A stretch of DNA of 64,000 bases from Eledone cirrhosa (Eukaryota), in NCBI GenBank assembly GCA_964016885.1, contig OZ024740.1:98332001-98396000 (forward strand). Direction: 5' to 3'. The position numbers and the translations under genes were made by a program. The notes beneath the pieces were generated by a model. It worked only from the letters and a program-made list of their open reading frames with translations, searched no databases and was not told the DNA's origin. Position 1 is the stretch's first letter. Each line of letters opens with the position of its first letter. Positions 1-12,945 of this stretch are shown piece after piece.

Positions 1-712
1 ACCCCATAACAAGGGAAGACGTAAACACAAAATATACGCTATTGTTAACATTGAAATATTTGGTCAACATAATAAATACAATATCAATTGTTCACCAATT
101 AAATATCTCTTTCTCTTTTAAATTAACCATATAAGTTTTATGTTATCTATATTAGGTTTCGATAATTTCTGTTTTCAATGATATTCTTCATATATTGACG
201 TATTATTTAAGATATATCTTTTATTTTTTTACTGTAATAATGAAGTTGTTGGTGATTTAATTGTTGTTGTTATATGTATATATATATCCTGAGATTAAAC
301 TTGATAGGAAAAGAACCTATGATGCAAATCATTCCTTCATCTCTTTTTATGGATGTCTAGGGTTACATTAATAAATGTATGCTTTCCTTCCTTAAAGTAG
401 AATGATATGATTTGAGGGAGAGTTTGCTGCTACTTCTTGTTGGTCAAACTGCTCCATAGAAGCTTGCTCACCAGCTTGTACACTTTAGTATTGGCAAGAG
501 TGAATATGAACAAGTGTGACCATTGCTCTTCCTCTGCACTTATTGTTGGCCATAACAGGTTTTCCTCAACAGTTGAAATGCTGTTGTTTGATTTAGAACC
601 TAGTAAGCTTTGATTGAATATACCTTTGATAATAAAGCATTTCATTATTTTAAATGTCAGTTTATTTAGAAACTCATTCCTAATGTGTCTTTAACTTTTA
701 AGATGGAAGAGT

Positions 713-1000
713 GAAGGTGCATGGCCTAGTGAATAGGTTGTTGGGCTCCTAATCTTAAGGTTGGGGGATCGATTCCTAGACCAGGTGACACATTGTGTCC
801 TTGAATATGACACTTCATTACATATTGCTACTGAACTAGAAAAAAACATGGGTACCAGCAGTCGCCGGGAGCTAAGCCTGCAAAAAACTAGTGTCCTGAC
901 CAGATGAATAACTTGTGCTTTTATTTTCTTAACACCAATGGAATTGCTATATGCTCTAAGCCCTTTGGTTTAAGAAAGACATTAACTGAAAGTGTAAAAT
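713..1000 (+). mobile_element. degenerate tRNA-derived SINE
   Basis: A-box-like TGGCCTAGTG and B-box-like GATCGATTCC, followed by TGTGTCCTTGAATATGACACTT, similar to the SINE at 45598. The 3' boundary is approximate. Confidence 0.55.
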
Positions 1001-1289
1001 TTGAGATGTTTATAGCTGTTATATATAGCAAATTTAATGATTATGTAGTAGCTCCCTCATTGATTCATGTAATAATATTGTTGTTATTGTTGTTGAGCCC
1101 CATGTCAGCTCTAATTGAACAAAATTATAATCAAAATCATTCCAGCTGTGATAATCATCTTCCTTTCCCAGTTACACCACAGAGTCAAACCAGAAACATA
1201 TTAAACAATCTGTCTCATTTTTCTTCTACTATATCAATGTTATTTCTTCTTCTTCAGAACTTAAATTGAATTCTAAATAGAGCTACTCT

Positions 1290-1750
1290 CATTTTCTCAT
1301 TCAATCTATTAAGCAATACATATAGAAATCCCTTGATGAAACTCACATTAATTCCTCTTCACATTCTTGAATATAAGGATGATACTGGTATCTACCCATT
1401 CCTGTGGGACTTCACCAGCCTCTCATGATTCTAACTTCGTCTGATGGAGAGAGCATATGAGTTTGTCTCTTCCATTTTCCTGTCTTCTACTGGTATCACA
1501 TCCATAGCTGTTGCTTATCTATCCGAGGGAGACCTAATTCAACAGTACACCTATATACTTAGTTAATCATACATTGATATATCAGTTACACGAGACTTCA
1601 CATTTTCCAAAGTTTCTTGATTGCCCTGTCCAGACACATTGAACAATTGATGGAAGTCTTCTTCAAAACAGTCAAATATTTGTTATTTTTCTTGCACAAT
1701 GATGATCTATCGGCTTATATTAGTTAAGTAGGGCCCCTATTCTAAGGTCT
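1290..1750 (-). pseudogene. highly decayed RTE-type RT fragment
   Basis: The minus strand reads AGEVPQEWVDTSIILIFKNVKRN*CEFHQGISI, resembling the RTE RT motif GEVPxDWxxAxIVxIFKKGDxxxCxNYRGISL. Confidence 0.45.
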
Positions 1751-1976
1751 ATATATATATATCCTTCAGTCCAACAAAGAATCTTTGCATGTCATTATAA
1801 TCAGCAGATCACTTTGCAGAATTTGTTCCAGTTCTTTAATTTTAAATCTGGCCAACTTTAACGTTCATCTCAGTAAACTGCTCGGTTAAATATAATTGAC
1901 TTTCCCTTCTCCCAAATTGCTGGCCTTGTGCCAATGTTATAAATAATAATAATCATAATATTATTAATGATAATAA

Positions 1977-2157
1977 TTGTTTCTACTTTTGGCACAAGGC
2001 CTGCAATTATCCCAGTGTATTACTGGTACTTTATTTTATCGACCCCGTAAGGATGAAAGGCAAAGTTAACCTCAGCGAGATTTGAACTCAGTCCGTAAAG
2101 GGACATAACTGTGCTGCAAAGCATGGCGCCCGACCCTCTACCGATACTGCCAATTCA
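1977..2157 (-). mobile_element. SINE family A (TTGCCTTTCATCCTTACGGGGTCGATAAA core)
   Basis: Near-identical to copies at 11522, 25100, 34743, 43498 and 62709. Has a GTTCAAATC B-box and sits in ATT/AAT-rich sequence. Confidence 0.85.
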
Positions 2158-2934
2158 TGATAATTATTATTATCTCTGTCATGCAGTGCCCATTATTAGT
2201 GCCCGATCGTCAACTGAAAAGGTTATAGGATGGCTATGAAGAAGTGATGCTAGAACTGTGAAATCTTGCAAGTATTAATTTCAACTCTTATTAATAACTG
2301 GATTGTTTCTTTCTAGAGTCTATGTTGAAAAATAAACCTCAGTTGGTTATTGCATGAGAGTTTCTTGGTCAGCCTATGAACGTTTCAGCCTACCTTCACA
2401 TGTAGTTGTATGTGTGCCTGTGAGTTTATTTAGGACTGTGTGTAGGTTTATGTGTCAATTTTCATTCAATTATATCAAAATAGTACTTGAAAATATATCA
2501 ATAAATTGTGTACTACTCTGAAATATGTGCTGTGATCAGTTTCTTCAATAATAGCCACGTATAAAAAAATAAAAAGTCCATCATTTCATTGAGTTTTGAT
2601 TAACATGTACATTATTGATACTCAAAGTGAATTGTCATTATGTAAATAGATAAATGATTCCTATCATTTCAGATATTGTGCTGTATATAGTATGATTAAT
2701 AAATAAACACATTTAAATGGCTTCCTTTGCCACTGTAGATGCAAAATTCTGTCACATAGTTTGCTCTTGTAAATGTACTTCAGATTAAATTGTTAATATG
2801 TTTCTATAAATATTAGAGAAATACATTTAAGAGCTGTAGGGGAGGTGAAATTGCCATTTGAATGTTGGTATTCTGCATTCTGACTTCAAATCCCACCAAG
2901 CCCAACTTTACCTTTCATCATTCCAAGGACAATA

Positions 2935-4440
2935 TTCATACATACATATATACATACATTCATACATTTATACCAACATACATACACATTTAAATGCATA
3001 CATACATATATACATATATATGTACATATCCATGCTCGCATGGAAAATGGACATTAAACGATGATGATAATAATGATGATGATGATAGATACATATATAT
3101 GTTTTTATATCGGAGTTATCCCAGTTTCCTGAGTTGCCTTCTCCTAGAAGAATGCACTGACAAACACTAGGGGTCCTTCACTCCCAGTGGTTTAACCGCA
3201 CGGTAAATGTGTATATACATATTTACACACTTTTGGATGGTCATTGACTCTTATGAGTTCTTCCACCCTTTGTCAGGTTTTGTTTTTTGTCCTGCAGGGT
3301 GTCCAAAATCACCCTCCTCACCAAGTAAACTTGGTGGGGTTGCCGGTTTACTCACCGCCGATCCAATCATGCGACATATATATGTACATACATACATATT
3401 TACATACATATCTGTATACATACATGCATGCATACACACACACATACATACATATATTATATGTACATATATACATACATACACTCAAGTATACATGTAC
3501 ACATACATATTTGCATATATTTCTATATACATACATGCATGCATACATACGCACACACATATATACAAATCTACATACATACATACATACACACACAGAG
3601 TACTATCTACATATGTAATCTATCGAATGTATATCCCTGAGGATAAAATAGAAAAAAGTTACAAAGTTACAAAAATATAAAAAAGTTACAAATATTGTAT
3701 AAATGATTCCTGGTGGAATGTTCCTGTCAAAAGCTCAGTAAAATGACAACAAAACATATCGTGCATATTAATATTTGATAGAGTAAAGAAGACATGGATA
3801 AGAGTGAAAATAAATTGCTTAGAAGTCGTTAACAAAATGTAAATAATTAGTAAAAAGTAAAACATCAATGAATGAACTAATGAGAAACCTGAAGATATTC
3901 CATGCAGGTTTCAACTTCAGATTTGTACCTGTGATCATTAGGGTACCTAGATACTATTATACTTACTAACTGCCTCAGTACATTCTTGAGAAACCAGGCT
4001 TCACAAAACCAGAAACAGCTGACTAATTAAACATTTTACAAGTACAAACCATTGATGGAATTGAAAATAAGTAAAACATTCCAGAAATGTAACTATCTGC
4101 ATATACACATGTGTAGACATAGCAACATATGTATATTTGTGCATATATAATTTGAAACGTTGAGATACACACATTCATTGACATCCATGTATGTACACAT
4201 GCATACTTTCATATTTGCATACATATCTGCATACATACATTCATGCATACACACACATACAAATACATACACACATACATACAAACAAATAAAAATATGT
4301 AAAACCTTCCAAAATTTCTGCATCTAATAACTACATGTAGACATGTACAAATGCAAAGCACATGCACACATATAACTCAAAATACACACATCAACACATA
4401 CATTAGCATCCATACCTGCACACACATGCATACATATCTA
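2935..4440. repeat. patches of degenerate (TACA)n/(CA)n/(TA)n microsatellite
   Basis: Visible at ~2935-3030, 3375-3600 and 4100-4440. Explains the H/T/Y/I-rich and V/C/M/Y-rich ORFs. Confidence 0.9.
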
Positions 4441-4960
4441 CCTAGTTGATGTTGTTTAAATTCTAATGAGAGAGTATTGTATCTATGTGAGAAACTGACT
4501 CTCTCTCTATTGGTAAAAAATTATAAAATTATAAAACCAGAACATCTATACATACATACATATACATGCATACTGGAATAATGATACATCATCATCATCA
4601 TCATTACCATTTTATATCTGTCTTCCAATCTGACATGAGTTGGACATGTTGTCATTCTTTGAAACTAGACAAATCGGTGAAACTTGTACATATATTTGGC
4701 ATGTTTGTATGGCTAGATATTAACCAGCTTATAGGATGTACTGAATGTATTTTATCATGGTGACATCCCTATCACTTCACAGATTATAGAAGGTGCAATT
4801 TTGTATGGCACCCTCACTTCCACTTTACAAAGTGCCCTGGGGGTATTTTATTTGGTGCCAAAATGAAAATAGAGAGAATATAAGGCAGAGAGATCTATTT
4901 GATTTACAAGTATATTAAAGAGTGTACTGGGTGCATTTTATGTTATTTCAGTGTGTTCAT

Positions 4961-6130
4961 TCAAACAGGAGAGAAGGATACTAAGTGTGTGTCATTGAGA
5001 AAAGGGTCAGTGGTATGCGTACCTGGCATAAATCCAGACTGCATCTCATCTGACTTGATTCTTTTCCTAACTAGTTGTACTCTAACCCTTGCCAACCGAG
5101 TGAGAGTTGACAATGAATACATAGATGAATTTGAAGTGCACAAAATGATCAGACCCCAGCCCACTCCTGTTTATCATCATCATTCAGGCTATCACTGAAG
5201 AGTTTAAAATTGGCACTCCATTGGAGCTCATAGCTAAATCTGTAGTAGAATTAGAAGTAAATTTCAAGCATTGAAGAAGAACCTAGAGTTGAAAAGCCTA
5301 AAAGTAAATTTAGTAAAGACAAAATTCATAATAAATAGGAAAGAAGACAGGATGCTTATACCATCAGGGAAATGGCTTTGTTTGATATGTCAAAAAGGGG
5401 TGGCAGAAATTCTACAAGGTGTACTCAATGTAAACTATGAATGCTCATGTGATGTAGTGGGATGGTAGGCAGGCTAACTGAAAAGAAAAACTTTACATGT
5501 GGCAGATGCACTGGAGAAGTAAGCACAAAGAATACACATAAAATAGATTCCCTCAACTGCCAGGCAGCTCCAAAGATGTTGACAGCTTTCACTACCTAAG
5601 CGAACAAATTAGCAGTGGGGGAGGATGAATCAAAAGATAGATTAGAACAGGCTGGAAAAAGTTTTAAAATCTATTACTGTTGTTAGCAACAAAATGGTTT
5701 TCTTCACAGAGTGAAGGGTAGACTGAGTGATGCTTGTATACAAACTGCATTGTTATACGGCAATGAATGTTGGACCTTGACTGCAGGAGGCCAGTGAAGG
5801 CTAGAAAGAAAAGAGTTGACTATGCTCCGATGGATGTGTAATGTTAATGCGCATGAGTGAAATAGCATAAGCAAACTCAGAAAAACTTGGCATGAGAGGA
5901 ATTAGATGTAGTATGCAAGAGAGAAAACTGCATTAGTATGGACATATTATGCACATGAATGATAACAGCTGCATAAAGAAATGCAAAGAAGCCCCAATTG
6001 CTTGGACCCACAGAATAGGTAAACCCAGGAAGACATGGGATGATGTTGTAAGGCTGACCTTAAGAAACAAAACCTCACAACAAAAATGACCTATGATTGT
6101 GAAGGCTGGCACTATGTGGTGTTAAAGAAG
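4961..6130 (+). pseudogene. decayed RTE-clade LINE 3' part with an inverted 5' segment
   Basis: Plus strand from ~5096 reads RVRVDNEYIDEF...LKVNLVKTK...PSGKWLCLIC, homologous to 10727-11278. Minus strand 4961-5095 reads RVQLVRKRIKSDEMQSGFMPGTHTTDPF, the upstream RT part. Confidence 0.75.
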
Positions 6131-6650
6131 ACCCAACCTCAACATACAATTTGGCCCTGACAGTCCACCCTCTTCCACCACTGCTATCCTCAACACTACT
6201 ACAGCCCTCACTGCACATGACTTTCCCCACACACGCTCCCAGCTGCTGTCCCCTTGTGCAGTGGTTGGTGATAGGAAGGACATCCAGCTGTGAAGGGTCT
6301 GCCAAACAAAGGGCTGGGAGGACCCTTCAGTTGCACGAAGGCATGATAGCCTCCGTAATGTTTGGTGATCTACACAATAAATGCATCCAGAGACACAGTA
6401 AAGTGGTAGGTGACAGGAAGGGCATCTGGCCATAGAAAGCTTGCCAAACAAAGAGTTGAGAGGACAATCAGTTGTGTCAAAGACATGACAACCTCCCCTC
6501 AGCACTAGGTTGAATGTGAAACTGTACATAAGTGATATGACAGATCCCTGGCTTGTCCAGGAGATCAGTAGCCACATCTTCAGTACTGACTTGGTCTATG
6601 TAGACCCATCCAACCATTGCTAGCAGAGATAGCAGATGTTAAAATGACAA

Positions 6651-6690
<40 letters not shown>

Positions 6691-7620
6691 TGCACCTCCA
6701 CCCACGTCTATGCCATCCTGTGTTCCTTTTGCAGGTCCTTATACATTGGACAAATGGGATGTCGGTTGGCAGACCGTTTTCTGAAATTTTGAGGGACATA
6801 CCACTTGGTATAGATCTCCCATCGATCATTATTTCTGTTCCCTAGGTTAGTCTTCTCTATGTGTCTCAGTCTTTCGTGTCCTTTTACATCACGGATCACA
6901 GGCTCTGATTTTACTAAATGGGTCCTGTTTCCCTCATGGACTCAACTCCTCTCCCCAATTACTTTAATATTACACATATATGTTTGTGCTTAGCTCTCTA
7001 CCTTTTGCCCATGTCATGTTTAGCACGTACGTTATCACACAGGCGCTTGTAAATTCACCCTTAGATTCTTATGGCTCTCTTATGGTCAGAAATATATACT
7101 CTTACAGCTGATACAGACCAACTAAATATCTACACACACTTCTACTTTTCTCTTCACAGCTCTGAATATACACACACACACACACACTATATATTAACAT
7201 AAATTTGCTCATAGCTCCGTACTTATAAGCACACACACACACACACTCTTTTTTACTTACTTATACACACACATGCACATGCATGCGCACACATATAGCT
7301 CTATATACAAAACGTTTTTTTTCCTTCCAGTTAAACGTGCTCCATTATCCACTTTTCGAAAAAAGTATATCATACACAAAACGCCAGCATCAACAGTTTT
7401 CCAAGAGATGTCTACATGAATGGACCTGTTATTTTTCTCTAAAAACATTTTTTCTGATTCTGCCAATTCCTTCAAGCTTTCTAATTTCTCATTCTTTCTT
7501 CCACTGAAGGACCAACCTCCGAAATGTTAAGACATTCTTCCTGCTATTTCAAGCGTTAAACTAATATATTCCTTCCTAAACCGATTGTGTTATTATTTCT
7601 GTTTACCTTTGAGTTTTCTC
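6691..7620 (+). mobile_element. Penelope-like element remnant: GIY-YIG endonuclease plus 3' region
   Basis: From 6691 the frame reads CTSTHVYAILCSFCRSLYIGQMGCRLADRF, with PHGLNS near 6950. It follows a (TA)n tract, and a degenerate hammerhead-like motif lies at 7497-7532. Confidence 0.7.
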
Positions 7621-9282
7621 ATTAGGAAATCCTATTGTTGTTGTTTTTTTGTTTTTTCAATCTATGTACGTTCGTCTCCAAAGGTTACCCATTTCCCTAC
7701 CACCCAACCTCACTCACACCATAGTTATTTGGTCCAATCAAAACTCAGCGGTTTTATAGTAAGGTTTCTAATACTAATCTCTATTCCCAAAGCCACTTCT
7801 CCTTAAGCTTAGCCCTGGTTTTTGTTTAGTATTATAAATGGACTACAGAGTTGGAGAGTATGAGCACTCACAATGACGATGATAAAGATAAATTCAACTC
7901 CCGTCTTTGGGCGAGCATGCAAATACACCTCTTTATTTCGGACTGGGAATACCAGGACCAACATAAGTCCGTCTTCCACACCCCTCCCTGTGTCCCCATC
8001 CCATCCCTTCCTCCCTCCCAGTGAACTCCCAAACTTCAGAGTAGGTACCATGAATGTAGGTAGATTGAAAGGTCACGCAAATGAGGTTGTAGAGATGCTT
8101 GAACATAAGGATGTTGATGTTTGTTATGTTCAAGAGACCAGATTGAGGGATGGGTCTGTTAGATTCATTGTGGGCAAGAAACGATGCTATAAGTTTTTCT
8201 GAATGGAATGTGATAGCAGGCTAGGTGGTGTAGGAATTATGTTAGCAGAATAATGGGTAGATAAGGTAATTGCTGTAAATAGAGTTAATGACAGAATAAT
8301 TAAAATAAGTCTAGTTCTAAATAAAACTGCTGTCAATAATATCTGCTTATGTACCCCAATCTGGACAACCAGATGTTATAAAAGATAGGTTCTATGAGTC
8401 GCTAATGTCCACTACCTCCCAAGTAACCGACAGTGACTACATAATTATTGCTGGTGACCTTAATGGTCATGTTGGGCACATTGTGATGGCTATGATGGAA
8501 TCCATGGTGCTTATGGGTTTGGTACTAGAAATGAGGAAGCTTTCAGGATCCTGGAATTCTGTGATGCTAATAACGTAACTAACTGCAACACAAACTTCAA
8601 AAAATGAGATAATCACTTGATCACCTATAGATCAGGGGAGGACACAGCCAGATAGATTTTATTCTTACTAGAAAACAACACAGTGTATGTTATTAACACT
8701 AAGTCCCTCACTCATGAAGTTTGTGACCTCATAGTCAAGGCCAGATGTACTCGTCAACAGAGGAATACATCGAGAAGATTATGGAAGTTGAAGAACCCCA
8801 CAGCCAGTAACAAATTTAAAAGCATATTACTTGAGGCTTTTGAAAGTAAGGAAGAGCAATTAGAAACATACAATATAGAGGAACACTGGGAACTCTTAAA
8901 AGTTAACTTGCTGAAGGCGACGGATGAAATCTGTGATTGGAGCAGGCCTTTAGGCAGGAAGAGAGTGACATGATGGTGGAACAGTAAGGTGGAGGAGTCA
9001 ATCAAGAGGAAAAAGCAGGCTTGGAAAGAATGGCAGGTTGGGAAAGTAGAGAACTCTATCGGGTGGCTAGGAGAGAGGCTAGGCGACAAGTATACTTTGC
9101 AATAAGGGAACCAGAGGATAGAAAGTTGAAACACATTCTACAACGCGAGGACCAAAGACATGAGGTGTTCGGAATTGTGAGACAATGTTTCAAGGAAAGT
9201 TGTCATATTGTTGGGGAGAAGTGTGTCCGTAATGACGATAGTATACTTGTTCTCACTGATACTGATAAGAAGGTGTCACTAT

Positions 9283-10202
9283 TTTTTCTAGGGCGGGCAA
9301 AATTCCCGAGATCCATGGACGAGTTCTCTCCAGCAGTCTCTGTCCCTCATTATCGCTGCCATCTCCTGCGTCTCCAACAGACCAGTGTCTGTCCTTAGGG
9401 CATAAACATACGTTAACCTTCGTCTTCCTCTTCCAGTGTGTCCATGTACAGGGGCACTGAGTGCAATGTCAACTCTGGATGTCGGTGAGCATGTCCAGCT
9501 AACCTCAGTCTCCTCTGTGTTACTTTTGAGCTAACTTTTGGGAGGCTCCCATACAGCTCTCAGTTTTTCATCCTCAGTATATACTGATTAATGTTCAGAT
9601 ACATTGGCTCCCTAACTTTTTATCCTCATAGTGGATTATTGTATGCGCCTTGCACTGGTGAAGCACCAGGACTATGGCTTTACTGTAGCACCGGTTCAGA
9701 GCAGGGGAGTTAAGACAAAAAAGATATTGGATGTTGAATTTGCCGACGACATAGTTTTGGTGACAAATACAGTGAAGGAGGCAGAGGATTTGATGTAGGA
9801 GGTTGAGACTGTGTCGATGAGTATGGGGCTGAGAATAAATGAGACTAAAACAAAATAATTGGTAGAGAATGTTGAGAAGCCAGAGGGGATCACTAATGTT
9901 GGCGGGAAGCCGCTAGAATTGGTTGAGGACTTGCTGTATTTTGGAGCAAAGATTGGGAATACGGAAGATGATGTGGTTGAGAGGAAGAGCAAAGCCTGGG
10001 CGGTGTGCCACAGCTTGAGATCAGTGTGGAAGTCAGACCTTCGCAAAGACCTGAAAATCTGCCTCTTCATTGCTGTAGTGGAGTCTGTGCTGCTGTACGG
10101 GTCTGAGACTTGGACACTGACCAAGAACTCACTCAGATGTTGGATGGGTGCTACACGAGAATGCTGAGGATGAGTCTGAACATTAATCAGTATACATCAA
10201 TC
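9283..10202 (-). mobile_element. 5'-truncated, 5'-inverted LINE (RTE/RTE-X-like) inserted in the RTE
   Basis: 11-bp TSD GGTGTCACTAT at 9272-9282 and 10203-10213. Minus-strand 3' part 9283-9600 (ELYGSLPKVSSKVTQRRLRLAGH). Plus-strand segment ~9600-10200 (DTLAP.LFILIVDY, FADD, VLLYGSETWTLT). Confidence 0.85.
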
Positions 10203-11521
10203 GGTGTCACTATGAGAGACTACTAAATGAGGAGAATTAATGGAATAAACAGTCTGTCCCAAATTGATCCAACAGAAGGACCGGCTGTGCAAGTTGATTG
10301 TAATATAGTAAGTAAGACAATCAAAGGTATGAAGACAGGCAAGGGAGCTGGGCCTTCAGAGATAGTTGCTGAAATGTTGAAAGCATCTGGAATGGTGGGA
10401 CATACTATAGTCACCCATATAGTAAGACAAGTAATACAGAATGGGGTCATACCAAATGACTGGAATAGCAGCATAATTGTCAACTGTTACAAGAGCAAAG
10501 AAGACACTCTGGATAGAGGAAACTATAGAGGCATTAAGTTAATTGACCAGGTAATGATAGTCACAGAAAGAGCTATTACTCAACTGATTAGAGACCGAAT
10601 TGATCTTGATGAAATGCAGTTTAGGTTTGTGCCAGGTAAAAGTACCTTGGATACTCTTTTCCTTGTACTACAACTACAGGAGAAGTACATAGCTAAAAGT
10701 AAACCCTCCACTTAGCTTTTGTTGACTTGGAGAAAGCCTTTGACAGAGTCTCCTGCTCTTTAATATGGTGGGCTCTTAGAAAACTAGGGGAGTGGCTTGT
10801 GAGAGCTATACAAGCCATGTATAGGGGAACAGTCAGCCGGGTTAGAAATAACAATGAATATAGTGAAGAATTTAGCATAAAAGTAGGTGTTCACCAAGGC
10901 TCCGTCCTTAGACCCCTCCTGTTTATTATTGTCCTAAAGGCTATAACAGAAGAGTTTAAGACTGGCTGCCCAAGAAAACTTCTATATGCAGATAATCTAA
11001 CTATCATAGCTGACTCTATGGCTGAACTAGAGAAGAAATTCCAAACATGGAAACATGGCCTAGAATCAAAAGGCCTTAGAGTTAACTTGTCTAGGAATAA
11101 AATTCTAGTATGTAGGGCACAGGTGCCCTCTGGGAAATGGCTATGCTCTGTTTGTAAGAGAGGACTAGATAGAAATTCCATTCTATACCCCAAATGCAAA
11201 CTATGGGTACATAAAAGATGTAGTGTGATTACAGGTAAGTTATCTAAGAATGTAGATTTTATATGTGGCCGATGCTAAGGTACAGTAAGTACCAAGGAAC
11301 CACTGGATGCTATCTCTTTCAACTGCCCAGATGGTTCTATAGAAATAATAGACACTTTCCGTTACCTGGAGGAGGGTGCTCTGAAAGTGTAGCAGCCAGA
11401 GTTAGAACGGGATGGAAACAGTTCAGAGAGCTAATACTGATGTTGGCAACAAGGACTTTTCTCTAAAAGTTAAAGGCAGATTGTATGATGCTGATGCTTC
11501 TATACGAACGGCAATATTACA

Positions 11522-11701
11522 GTGGATTGGCAGTATCGGTAGAGAGTCGGACGCCATGCTTTGACGCATGGAGTTACGGCCCTTGCCATTCTGAGTTCAA
11601 ATCCCGCCGAGGTTAACTTTGCCTTTCATCCTTATGGGGTCGATAAAATAAGGTACCAGTAATACACTGGGTAATTGCTGGCCTTGTGCCAAAAGTAGAA
11701 A
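11522..11701 (+). mobile_element. SINE family A inserted in the RTE
   Basis: 10-bp TSD CAATATTACA at 11512-11521 and 11702-11711. Confidence 0.9.
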
Positions 11702-12159
11702 CAATATTACATGGTAGTGAGACCAGGGCTTTGTGTGAAGAAGACTTGCATAGATTTGAAATAAACAAAGCTTGCATGCTCCAATGGATGTGTAATAGTA
11801 ATGTACGTGAACGGCAAATCATAAACGAATTGAGAGAGCGACTAAGCATAAAAGATAGCAAATGTTGTGTGCAGGAGATGAGATTGCGTTGGTATGGAGA
11901 TGTGATGCGTCTGAAGCACAACAGCTGTATAAAATAAGTGCAGAGCGATCAACATTGATGGAAGATATGGAGTGGGTAGACCAAGAAAAACCTAGGACGA
12001 GGTGATAAAGGCTGACCTTGCTCGCTTACACTTCTCTAAGATAGTGTTACTATACAGAAGACCTGCCTTCCCTTGCATACAAACTTAAACATACAGTCAG
12101 GAGGCACCTCTTAACCCAATATACACCCCACCCCACAACTCCATCCTCCCATTTCTGTC

Positions 12160-12442
12160 CACTGTAAAGTGATCATGTAGGTGACACAACACAAAGCACC
12201 CAGTCCACACTGTAAAGTGGTCGTTTAGGAGACACGGTAAAAGGCTCCCAGTCTACACTGTAAATGTGGTTGGTGTTAGGAAGGGCATCCAGCTGTAGAA
12301 AACCTGCAACAAACAGTTCTGTATGAGCAAGACATGGTTTCCTAGCCAATTTCGCATTAAGTGGGAGAAAACCGTCCAACCCATGCTAGCGTGGAAGATG
12401 GATGTTAAATGATGATGGTGATAATGATGATGATGATAATGA
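12160..12442 (+). mobile_element. RTE-type 3' tail module ending in (GAT)n
   Basis: GGTTGGTGTTAGGAAGGGCATCCAGCTGTAGAAA...GGATGTTAAATGATGATG. The same module occurs at ~6260-6650, 12972-13110 (-), 45820-45942 and 47120-47280. Confidence 0.7.
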
Positions 12443-12445
12443 TAT

Positions 12446-12781
12446 GTCTGTAATGTAATACTGTCAAAAGGGTGCATAATGGGAAAATACTTTGAAAAGA
12501 AGTTGTTCCTGAAATTGGAATACAAATGGAATAAAACAAGTTTTGTGTAAATTGGAGCACGGATTCCTGAGAAATTGGGTTTTCTGGGTACCTTCACAAA
12601 TAGAGAGAGAGAGAAGGATAAAGACAAAGAGATAGTGGTTGTGAGAGAATAGATTGAGAGGGAAACATAGAGAGAGGGAGAGAGAAGGAGACAGAAGGAA
12701 ATTACAAATGGTGACTTCAAAGAAACAAATACAGCGTTACTGTATATAGTATATAGAAAGGGTTTCTAAGTGTGTGTGTGA

Positions 12782-12815
<34 letters not shown>

Positions 12816-12945
12816 ATGTGCGTGTATGTGTATATATATGGGCCTTCCAATTTCATTTTTCATTATATACATGTCTGTGTATATGTTGATTATTTAAAAA
12901 TTACTTTTTAAGCGAACGTGACCCAACGGGTCTCGGGTGGTCTAG
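12446..12945 (+). mobile_element. possible non-autonomous Helitron
   Basis: Hairpin CGTGACCC-AAC-GGGTCTCG (12917-12935) lies 6 nt before CTAG|T (12942-12945). Internal GA/GT microsatellites. The 5' end is uncertain. Confidence 0.4.

Larger units (their letters stand above)
7873..12060 (+). mobile_element. near-full-length decayed RTE-clade LINE (APE + RT) interrupted by two insertions
   Basis: APE start FRVGTMNVGRLKG...DVCYVQETR. RT motifs GNYRGIKL, DLEKAFDRV, GVHQGSVL and LLYADNL. C-terminal LHGSET and RLRWYGDVMR. Many stops and frameshifts. Confidence 0.9.

Noticed and set aside
2858-4323. Multiple H/T/Y/I-rich and V/C/M/Y-rich ORFs
   Set aside because: Artefacts of (TACA)n/(CA)n repeats.
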